The notes beneath the pieces were generated by a model, which saw nothing but the letters and a program-made list of their open reading frames with translations, was not told the origin of the DNA and did not search any database. A stretch of 63,050 nucleotides of DNA, the filler included, from Hyphochytrium catenoides (Eukaryota > Protista > Hyphochytriomycota), in the NCBI GenBank assembly GCA_900088475.1. It is 7 parts of 7 records of this genome, joined end to end, with 100 filler letters (N's around TTAATTAATTAA, not from the genome) between each part and the next. Parts side by side here need not be neighbours in the genome. Positions count along the whole stretch, not along the records: positions 47,940 to 56,977 come from FLMG01000827.1; positions 57,078 to 60,013 come from FLMG01001272.1; positions 60,114 to 61,838 come from FLMG01003617.1; positions 61,939 to 63,050 come from FLMG01000288.1; 3 more parts are not named here. One strand, 5' to 3'. Positions 51,759 through 62,040 of this stretch are shown here, piece after piece. Each line of letters begins with the position of its first letter. The first letter of the stretch is position 1. Made by a program: the position numbers and the translations under genes.

Positions 51759-53104
51759 GTTTATGTCTAGCAGACTGGTTCCTCCTGTGGCAATGTGACG
51801 ATAGACCTCTATCTTCAAACGGAAGGCAGTAATGCGTGCAGATTTTTGCAAAGAGAGACCATAAAGGGCTCGGAAGACTCAGTGACAGAGAGGGGAGGTT
51901 GCAAAGGAAGAGTGAGGACGTAGTTGTAGCAAGAAGCGCTCCTGAAAGTTCCTTGTGGTTGCTCTATCAATAGCCGCCTTTATCTACGGCGTTTACTTTT
52001 TGTCAACAGGCGGTAGAACCCACCATTCCTAGTGAGAAGCAAATTGTCAAGCAGCCTGCGTGCTGTTGCCTCACCTAGGGCAAGATAGTGGAACTAGGAG
52101 GGGTTGAAGTGCACCAAGACACACCACGAAGAGCCTGAGCGAAGAGAAGTGCAGGTTGGCAGATATAGTAAGGACACACTACGTCTGGCCTTGGCCTCTA
52201 ACGTCTGCGGCTGCCCGCCTTAAGTCCAAGATTGACGAGAAGTGAACTCGGAAGTGAAGCTGGTCTCGAGCTTCATGATGATGGCACGCCAGCAGCAGCA
52301 GAGACTTGGCTCTATCAATCCGTTTTGGCTTGTTGGAAGTAGAGCCGATAACGGCCATTATTGAACAGAAGCTGTATCGGCTATCGGGAGACTATCATCC
52401 TCGTCAGTCATGTCCTCTCACTCCTCGACAACACACCGTCAGATCTTTATTTGTCCCATGGTGACCGCTTGTCTTGGCCGGGGAAGAGGACGGAGAAGCA
52501 GCACAAGTTCCGCTCTGTTACCTTTTGTACGAAGAGAGTGCATACTCTTAGACGTACTGGGTTTAAAAAGGCTACCCAGGTCCTGAACTTAGTAAACCGC
52601 AGCAGCGCAGCAACAAGATGATGATCATGCCACCGCCGCCGCACACGCAGCACCGGAGGTTCCTTGCTTGCTGGTTAGCTGCCAATTCGGACGATGAGCT
52701 GACTACTTGTAGAAAGAAAGGTTCTCCTGCTGTTGCTTGCTTCAGGTGCTGGTGAAGAGGAAAAGAACTGCACTCACCACGTGCATAGCTTCCCCATTAT
52801 TACGACTAAGCTGTCCGAGATAGTAGGGTGGTTGTTTTTCGCGTTAGATGGTCATTGAGGCTAGACATATATAGCCACAGAAGAGTGAGGAAAATAGCAG
52901 TAGTCACCTCTCAGTGATCGGTGAGGCATACTGTTGCTCGCCATTGAGCAAGAACGGAACCAGGAGATCTTTGAATGACTTTTGAGTGTGCAACAAAATT
53001 GATGATGGGGCTAACTAGGTGGTCGGAGTTGCGAGTTATTGTCTGGTAGCTTTCAATACTAGCGACAACGCTGGCCTGCTAATAAGGTGCTGCAGTTGCC
53101 TAGA

Positions 53105-54136
53105 TCAGACCTTATGCTTGAGCCCTAGAACTCGAGAGGAGCGGAGGGCGCGCCAGGAGACGAATACGGCTCCCACAAAGCCCATCAAGAAGAAAAGGGA
53201 AAGTAGGGGCACGCCATGAGCGCCTAATCCCTCCTGCCGAGGGCTGCTGAGACTGAAAAGCAGCTGTTGAGGTGCGGCAGCAGCTGTGATAGGGTTGGAG
53301 TCCTGGTTTGCATGTCGTTCAAGCTCGCCGGAACTTGGCGCCTGGCTCACAACACGCTCTGATGCGTAGATCTCTTGTACCTCATGATTCTGCCCTTTGC
53401 TTAGGGGGGTAAACTCCCTACTCGTTCTGATGGAACTTCGCTTTCGTTCCGTCGTGCTTGATGATTGCCTTGGAAGAAGCCTGCAGCTGTGAATGTAGTC
53501 CATCAACGGGTAGTCTTTCCTAGAAGATAAGAAAAGTGAGGGTGTGATAGGAGGAGAAGGAAGAATGAGATCGCGCGGGTAACCATCTCACCTCACGTAG
53601 GCAGCCCCTTCAAGATACATCTTGGTGGTATCGGGCGCATGACCCCCAAAACCTCGGAGCTCTCCATACCCAGAATAGAGAGATGAGACGGTCTCCATGC
53701 CCTCAATCACCTTCCCAAAAGGTGTTTCCCACGGTGCCTTCCCCAAGAACGTTGAATGACGGTAAGCGATAAACACTTGTGACCCTCGAGTGTTGGGTCC
53801 TGAGCCTGCAAAGGAAATTGTCCCTGGCTCAAAAGTGATGTTCTGATGAGGGTCGTCTTTAATGGTACCCCATTCATGGATCTTCTTCGTCATTGCAGGA
53901 TCGCCTGACATGCCGAACTGGACGACATATTTGGGGACGACTCTGTAGAAGCTGACGCCTTCATAATAACCCGCTCCAACAAGATCCAAGTACCGCTTAG
54001 CTCCTAAAGGAGCCCAAGACTCATGGACCTCGACAGTAAAAGTCCCTTTCGTCGTATTGCAAAGTACCCGTGAATTGCCATCGATCGTTGTGTTGCTAGC
54101 TGTTGTGACCGCTGCCGTTCCTGCTATCGCTGCCAT
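53105..54136 (-). CDS. Cyclophilin-type PPIase with C-terminal TM anchor (paralog 2)
   Basis: TTKG...WAPLGAKRYLDLV...FYRVVPKYVVQFG...GTISFAGSGPNTRGSQVFI...PFGKVIEGM. Intron 53520-53591 is at the same codon position as in paralog 1. TM segment VPLLSLFFLMGFVGAVFVSW. Confidence 0.92.
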
Positions 54137-54299
54137 GATATTGCTTGTGACTGGACAAAATGTATCAGTTCATTCACTAAAACGAGGACTGGTTGGATGC
54201 AAATCTCTACAGTATTTCGACAGCAGGCTTAGAATCGAAGCATAGCCTTACTGCTGTTGGCTCAGGCAAGATGTAGGATCAACCTGAGCGAAGGGACAG

Positions 54300-56977
54300 G
54301 ACGAAGGAATACAGGCTAATGGTAATAGTTTTTAAAGTATATTGTCACTGGAGTTTGGCCGCGTGGTGGGCAATAAATAATGATAACAACGCTGGCTGAT
54401 GATGAGGAACGAAGAAAAAAGCCCGCCACCACCAGTAGTGCTCTGCTGCTGTTTTGTGCCTTCTGCCGCCTCTTCGACGATTCCCTCTTGCGCTGCTGCT
54501 TCTTCACTACTTTTCCCCTTGCTCCTAACCCTATAACCCTAAGAAGAACAGGAAGAGTTATCGGCATGATAACGCTATTTCTTCCTCTTCTGAAGCTTCT
54601 GCTTCGGTCCCTGATCTATCTGACCACCCTGCTGACCCTTCACCAGTTCTCCACCATCACCGCAGCAAGTAAATAGAAGGCTATTTTCACACCTAAATGA
54701 CAGGTCACGTTACTGTAAAGATAGGATATTTAACACAAGGAGTTTGTTTTACAAGCCTTGGGCAATAAGTTAGCTCAAAGACAATTATAACCATTATTGA
54801 CTAAAGGTAATTTACATTGGGTGGGGTTTCACCTGTGCGGTTTCATCTCCAACGTACACAGCCCGTTACATCATCACTATATAAGGGGGACCGGATCGTA
54901 CCTGTCGTGGGATTCTCTCGTTGATGATGATGGTCAAAAAAATAAAGGAGGTATGCTCTTCTTCCTCTTTGTCTGTTTATGGGAGGAGGCCGCCCTTGTT
55001 GAGGCCGCCAACAACCAGCAGTGATCATTGTCCGTCGTCGACTTTTTTCCTCTTCGTTGTTGTTGTACGGTTTCCCCATTCATGTCGTTCGTCGTGCTGC
55101 TTCTTCCTGCTGTGACTGCCTACTACCAGTGGAAGAATTGCACTATTATTCTGCTCTGACTTTGTAGGTCAAGAGGCTTCTTTTTCTTCTTCGAAGTTGT
55201 TACAATGAAAATTGATCTTCGCCATCAAGTGCAAAACGTCATCCCTCTTCGTCTTAGGAGGTAGTAGACACCGTCTTCTTCAACCGTTGCTATATAATCT
55301 TCTGCTGGTATTGTTTGTTGTATTGCCCTCGTTTTGGTCTCGTCGTCATTATACTATCATCGTATACTGAGGCTCCGGTAACGCCCTCCCTACAGTATAA
55401 ACATCAAAGTCAGTAGAAGAGTTCTTTCACTGTTGGTGTTCTTTCTTCGCTGCCTCTGATGGTTCTCTTCTTGTGTAGTTTAGGGTCTCGCTGTCTATTC
55501 TTTGCCATGCTATTTTCTGTTCAATTATGAGAAGGACGTGGTGGTTGTCGCTGAATTTCAATTATCAGCTAGTGGGATAATGTTTTGACTTTTTTTTCGT
55601 GACAACAGTACAAGACTGACCGCAGCAGCATCTTGCAGCTCATTTTTCACGGTTCCTTGCCCCTCTTCTACCACCAGCCACCACAATGATTACAGCACCA
55701 CTGGTGGCCTCCAACCCTCCCTAAATCCTACCAACTATAATGACCAATAACACCTGCTGCCGCTGTATGTTGTCGGGACAACAAGTAGTAAAAAACATGC
55801 GAGGCCTACTACTCTACATCATTCCTCTTCTTCTTGTCAGTCTGCTTCAGAATGTTCAAGCCGCTAGTAGATTACTATTACAGAGTAGTAGAGCCCATCA
55901 AAACGTCCTTGAATACACCAGGAGGTACACCCAAGGAGAACAAGACAAAAAAAAAAGGGCTTGTAAGCAGTAGTCCAGTGTATTACTAGTCGTAGTACTA
56001 TAACTCACCAAAATAATATGATGTCAAAAATGGATAGAAACGAAGAGTGGACAACAGCAGACGACAACTACGTCGTTGTGGACAGTAGTAGTGGACTTTG
56101 GCTCTTCAGCAGTTTAGTGTAGTCTGATCCTCCATGGTCTACCTCTTCATGAGGAGCAAAAGAGTAGCCGCCCTCCTCCTCTTGTTGTTGGTAGATTGGT
56201 AATAAAGCAGTTAGTTGAGCGGCATGATTTCAGAGAGAGAAAGGCGACGGCAGCAGAGCCATCCTCCTCCCTCCCCCTTTCTTGCTTGTTCCGGATACTA
56301 TAATGAGTGAGGGGAAGAAGGACTCTCTATGAAGTGAGCACGTAAACACATAATATTTGTAATCCTTTAGGAAGAGAACTACTGGGTGGTGGTTACGCCA
56401 GGTGGTGCTGGTGATGAGAAGAAGAATAATTGCCTTTCGCTGGGTAGTAGTTGTAGTTTTAGTAGAACTAGTAGAAGCTGAATGAGAGCATCATAACAAT
56501 AATCTTCTTCACCATTCAGTTATCCACTCCGCAACCGGACATCATCATCGCATCGTAGTAGTAGTGACCCCGCCGGACGATCGCGAGGAGGAGGAGGAGG
56601 GAAGGAAAAGAAGGACGGAGTTTTCATTTTTACCAACAACGAGGACGCCACCACCACCACCAGCCAGCAAGCAGCACGAGGAGGAGGAACGAGAAGGAGG
56701 AGGATACTAACATTATCTAGAACTGCTACCTACCTCTAGTAGCTGGCGTTGTTGTTGTATAGTGCTTGCTTCTTCTTCTTCCTTGTTGGTTGTTGGGAGA
56801 AGTTGGTCGCCCTCCAACTCCGACCATTATCCTACCAAAATCATCATATTTTGAGTTGTTTGTTGGTCTTCTTCTTCTTCTTCTTCTTCTTCTTCTTCGT
56901 TCTTCCGTCCGCTGCCGTTGATCCGGGCGGTAGTAGTACGTCAACAACAACTTGATGAACACATCAACAAAATGGTC
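54300..56977. repeat. Gene-free low-complexity region rich in short triplet runs (GTA/GTT/CTT/GAG/CAC); probable decayed repeat
   Basis: No credible ORF or exon chain. Abundant triplet runs, e.g. (CTT)n at 56868-56898. Confidence 0.45.
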
Positions 56978-57077
56978 NNNNNNNNNNNNNNNNNNNNNNN
57001 NNNNNNNNNNNNNNNNNNNNNTTAATTAATTAANNNNNNNNNNNNNNNNNNNNNNNNNNNNNNNNNNNNNNNNNNNN
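56978..57077. other. Artificial contig linker
   Basis: N-run/TTAATTAATTAA/N-run, 100 bp. Confidence 0.97.
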
Positions 57078-57289
57078 GGGGGGGGGAGAGAGAGAAGAGA
57101 GAGCGAGAGAGAGTCTGACAAGACAAGAAGAGCTAGGGAGCTAATAAAAACACTGATGGCAGAAGTCGGACAGAGTAGGAGACAGTATATTGCATGGAGA
57201 AGAAGCGTTCAGGAGAGAGAGCAAATGGAGAGCGAGAGAAAGAGAGGGAGGCGGAGTGTGAGACAGAGAGAGAAGATGAGCGACCAGAT

Positions 57290-57501
57290 TGAACAGGAGG
57301 CACCTTTGGTAGGAACACTGCATCACTCTCCCCAGAGAAGGCTCCCCATCCTCGAGAGTTACGTGCCCTGACCCGGAATACGAAGCCTCTCTCTCTTTCT
57401 CTTCCATCTCTTTCTCCTTCTGCCATGAGAACCGTAGCAGGGACTTCAACTTGACAACCAGTGTAGTCGTCACAGAGGTATGGGCCTGCACAAAGTGAGA
57501 G

Positions 57502-57540
<39 letters not shown>

Positions 57541-57845
57541 AGAGAGAGAAACCAAGAGAGAGAAACCAAGAGAGAGAAACCAAGAGAGAGTGACAGATTG
57601 CAAGAGACAGCGGAGAGAGAGAGAGAAGAAGTAAGACAAAAGGTGTCGCATGGAGAGAAAGAAGAAGGGGAGCTTTGAACCTCAGCATAAAGAGATTGGA
57701 CAACTCCGAAGAGACCGATAAGTTATGTTTTTGGCACAAGTAGAAGAGAAAAACAAGCATTCGAGCTAAGACAGAGCGAGGAGAGACTGGATTGAGCGGT
57801 AGGTGGACATGGGGAGGCCCAATAGTGCGAAACTGGGATAGAGGT

Positions 57846-57884
<39 letters not shown>

Positions 57885-58062
57885 NNNNNNNNNNNNNNNN
57901 NNNNNNNNNNNGAGAGAGAGAGAGAGAGAGAGAGAAAGAAAAATAAAAACAGAGAAGGAAGATTGAAGAGAATGAAAAAAAGAGAGAAAGGAAGAGGAGG
58001 ATACGGCGCCTCAGTTTCCACATCACGTATTAGCTACTGTGCCTCCTCTCTCTTTCTGTCTT

Positions 58063-58093
<31 letters not shown>

Positions 58094-58215
58094 TTTGCTC
58101 CCAAAGATGACCATAAAAGGCTCCTACCGAACCTATCCTCTAGCTCCACTATTCTCCCGGCTCAGACATGCTCTCTCTTCTTCTCTTCTCTCTTCCGTCT
58201 CTCTCACTGTTTCTC

Positions 58216-58246
<31 letters not shown>

Positions 58247-58467
58247 NNNNNNNNNNNNNNNNNNNNNNNNNNNNNNNNNNNNNNNNNNNNNNNNNNNCTG
58301 AGCTCACGAGAACGCGATCAATGTTCGGGAGGTTTTCCAAAGCAGACTGGACAGCGCTCGCAGGAGCATTGTAAGGGAGAAACCCTGTGCCAGAGCCGTG
58401 GGAGGTGGACACGGAGAGAGAGTGAGACACAGAGAGAGAGACACCAACGGGAGAGGAGCAATATGAA

Positions 58468-58513
<46 letters not shown>

Positions 58514-59139
58514 CAAGAGAAAGAAACAGAGAGAGAAACAAACCAAGAGAGAGACACTATAGGAGAATGATTTGTGTCGAGACGATGGCTAGCAGAGAGA
58601 CAGAGTTAGACACACAGACAGAACGAAAAGGTTGAAGGAGGAAGACCTGGAGAGAGGAAGAGAGAGTATAAGAGACTGAGGTAAAAGGGGAGTGGGGAGG
58701 GGGGAGAGAGAGAGAGAGAGCGCGAGAAATAAGGGATTGAGAGAGAGAGAGAGAGACGATACCGGTAATGAACCGCTGAAAATCATCGTTCTGCACGGTG
58801 TTTCTATAGTAAAACGCAAGGCGGAAAGCTCCCGAAGTCACGTCGTGACCGGCATTCGATCTTGAAGAGAGAGAGAGAGAGAGAGANNNNNNNNNNNNNN
58901 NNNNNNNNNNNNNNNNNNNNNNNNNNNNNNNNNNNNNNNNNNNNNNNNNNNNNNNNNNNNNNNNNNGACCATGGGTCCGTGAGAGACACGACGCTACACT
59001 TAAATGGAAAGGAAAAAGGGAGACAGAGAGAGAAGGAGAGAGAGAGAAAGGAACGAACAGAGCGGACGATAGAGAAGCGAGCAGAGAAGGAGAAAACCCA
59101 TAAGACTTCGCTAGAGAGTGAGTTACAAAGAGAGAGAGA

Positions 59140-59175
<36 letters not shown>

Positions 59176-59698
59176 AAGAGAGCAAGAGAGCAAGATAAAG
59201 AGATAGAGGGAGAGAGAGCGAGTCAGAGAGAGCAAGATAGATAGATAGATAGATAGACAGAGAGAGAGAGAGCGCGCGAGAGAGAGAGAGAGAGAGAAAG
59301 AGAGGGAGCGAGGACCTGATAGTAATTCTCTGTATCTCATTGCGCCCTGTTCCTTTGTACCCCAGCGGCTTTTCAGTGGGAGAGAGAGAAGTCCAAGCAG
59401 AAGAGAAGAGAGAGCGGAACTGCACTTCAAACTCTTCGATGGCACTCAGTCCTTGCACTGCATAGGGACGCCATCGGACGAGGAGAGACGGAGAAGGAAG
59501 AGAGAGAGACCGAGAGAGGGAGGATGAAGAGACGGACGACACTACCACCTCCGGTCTGCTTGGGCTGCCTGGGACGTGCAGAACGGAGGGAAGAGAAGGG
59601 TCCAGCGAGAAAGAAGGAGAAAGAGAGAGAATGATGCACAGCCAGAAAAGAGAAAGAAGGACCCTCCTTCTACTCTCTCCGCCGCGCTTCTCCATCAT
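57290..59698 (-). CDS. Secreted/surface fibronectin type III protein, 5' part (truncated)
   Basis: Signal-peptide-like LLSLFWLCIILSL. FN3 first half VPGSPSRP...LLVRWRP...EEFEVQFR...WT, then inserted module EIQRITIR...SGAFRLAF...LPYNAPASAVQSALENLPNIDRVLVS, then FN3 second half FVFRVRARNSRGWGAFSGES. Confidence 0.78.
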
Positions 59699-60013
59699 CT
59701 CGTTCTTTTCTCTTTTCTCTCTCCCCTCGGCGTTTGATGTCGGCTTAAGCTGCCACTCTCTCTCTCACGTCTGCAGGGCCCTACAGCGTACGAACGGAGC
59801 AGCCTCGACAAGGTAGAATGAATGCAGAGAGAGAGAGAGAAAGAGAGAAAGAGAGAGAGAAAGGGAGAGGGAGAGAGGGAGAGAGGGAGGAGGCGATGAA
59901 TGGCAGGAAGTGGCGGTGCTCATCCCCCGGTCTCCCAGGAAAGTTGGATAGTGCAGTCTCCCGCCGAGCAAGAAAGCCTTGGAAGACACAATAAGAGAGA
60001 GAGAGAGAGAGAG

Positions 60014-60113
60014 NNNNNNNNNNNNNNNNNNNNNNNNNNNNNNNNNNNNNNNNNNNNTTAATTAATTAANNNNNNNNNNNNNNNNNNNNNNNNNNNNNNN
60101 NNNNNNNNNNNNN
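60014..60113. other. Artificial contig linker
   Basis: N-run/TTAATTAATTAA/N-run, 100 bp. Confidence 0.97.
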
Positions 60114-61838
60114 AGCAGTTTATTGGGCGGTCAAAAAGCTAAGACATTACCTCTTAGGACGCAAGTTTATTCTCGTCACTGACCACTCATCACTGGTGCA
60201 GCTAATGGACACAAAACATCCTACGGGGGTCAAGGCTCGCTGGATAGCTTATTTACAGAGTTATGAGTTCGAGATAGTCCATCGCCAGGGCCCTAAACAT
60301 TTGAATGTCGATGCTCTTAGTAGAGATCCACGGTTTTCGCAGAACCACCGCGGCTGGTGCCCTTGTCAAGAGAATTGTTGTGGCACCGGACAAGCTCGGT
60401 TGGTTTGCGGCGCAACAGGCCCAGGATCCTTTTATCAAGGATTTGGAGCTCTGTTTGCAGGAGAAGTGTACTCACATCGATGCACGGCGATGTTCATACA
60501 ATCGTCGCAGTTACGTCAGTCATAAGAAGCTGATGTATTACCTGGAACCAAGGAGGCTTTCAACCACGGGAGATCAGCAAAAGGGGGACGCCTCTGCGCT
60601 ATCTGTGACCACTGCCGAGGGAATGTCTCAAAAAGACCCAGCTGGTGACCATCACGGTCGAGAGGGCAGGGAGCTCGTGCAGCAGTTGGTAGAAAAGCCT
60701 GGGACTGAACGCCATGATACTCTCACCTCCACAGGTGTAGGGGTAATCAGCCGATCCTCTTTCAGAGGGGATGCGCCAGCGCAGCAACCGACCAGTGCCT
60801 CCCATGTCGGAGAAGAGGTTGCAGGGCGTTCGACGGAGTCCAACAGTACACCCGTTGTCCTTCCTGTTAGGGACCGGGTAATGCCACCGCTTAGTGCCCT
60901 CTGCAATACCGAGGATGAGGTTGGCAGTAGCGATTGGGGAGCGAACATACCTGTCTCGGCCCCATCGAAGAAGTCTAGTGTGACAGACCAGGGTAGCTCC
61001 CATACGTCATCCGCTAGTAGTATCGTCTCACCCAGCGTCATCGGGGAAAGAGCTGTGCCTTATCGTAATTTGGCTAATGCTAGTGTCGTCTCACCCAGCG
61101 TCATCGGGGAAAGAGCTAAGCCTGCTCGAGTAGCACTGGCTGATGCTACTGACGATTTCTCGTCTGTGAAGGTAGGGGGCCCTAGTGGACGCTTGACTGT
61201 TCCTGTTGTCAGCGATAGAGTTTTGAGACCACGGCCTCGTTTACCTCGAGTGAGGACTGTAACGCCTCGACCACTTTTTGCTAACTTCCATAGTTCTTCC
61301 CCATCGCAGGTGAAGTTGGTCGAGGAAGGAGTTCACAGTGATCTTTGCGGATTTAGCCGTGGGGAGAATGTGACTGTAGGACATAATGAGAACCAGCTGT
61401 CTTCAGATGCGGTTCTAGATGAGGCCACTACTCCTCGTGACGTTACTCAGGAGGATGGTGGTGGAATTGAACGGTACTTGTCGACGGTGCTACCGAGCTC
61501 TGTACAGAATCAGATGCGGTTAGTAGTTCCTCTGGTTTTACGGTCGGCTTTAATAACGGAATGTCATGACTCTGCACGATTTGGAGCACATTTGGGTATG
61601 AAGAAGACCTTGGCGAAGTTAAAAGCTCGATTCTATTGGCCAAGCATGTCTAAGGACGTAAAGACTTACATTGGACGGTGCCTTAGCTGTCAACTACATC
61701 CGTTTGGTGAAAAGCTAAAGGACTCTTTCACTACCGTGGAAGCTCTATACCCTAATCAGATCCTGCAGATGGATGCTACGGGAATTCTACCTATGACGGT
61801 CAGCGGTAATAAGTACATTGTTCTGTTGGTAGATTTAT
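60114..61838 (+). mobile_element. Ty3/Gypsy LTR retrotransposon pol fragment (RNase H end, integrase Zn-binding domain, start of rve core), frameshifted
   Basis: AVYWAVKKLRHYLLGRKFILVTDHSSL...ARWIAYLQSYEFEIVHRQGPKHLNVDALSR; RLVVP..LR...ECHDS...HLGMKKTLAKLKARFYWPSM...CLSCQ; QMDATGILPMTVSGNKYIVLLVD. RNase H precedes integrase, which is the Gypsy order. Confidence 0.95.
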
Positions 61839-61938
61839 NNNNNNNNNNNNNNNNNNNNNNNNNNNNNNNNNNNNNNNNNNNNTTAATTAATTAANNNNNN
61901 NNNNNNNNNNNNNNNNNNNNNNNNNNNNNNNNNNNNNN
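61839..61938. other. Artificial contig linker
   Basis: N-run/TTAATTAATTAA/N-run, 100 bp. Confidence 0.97.
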
Positions 61939-62040
61939 CAAAACAAAGTGTTTCAGAGTTATGATAACTAGGTTATTATCATCAAGTAAGTCATCATATG
62001 ACGTCAAGAAGTAGTAACTGGGTCTAGTAGTTTAGGTACT

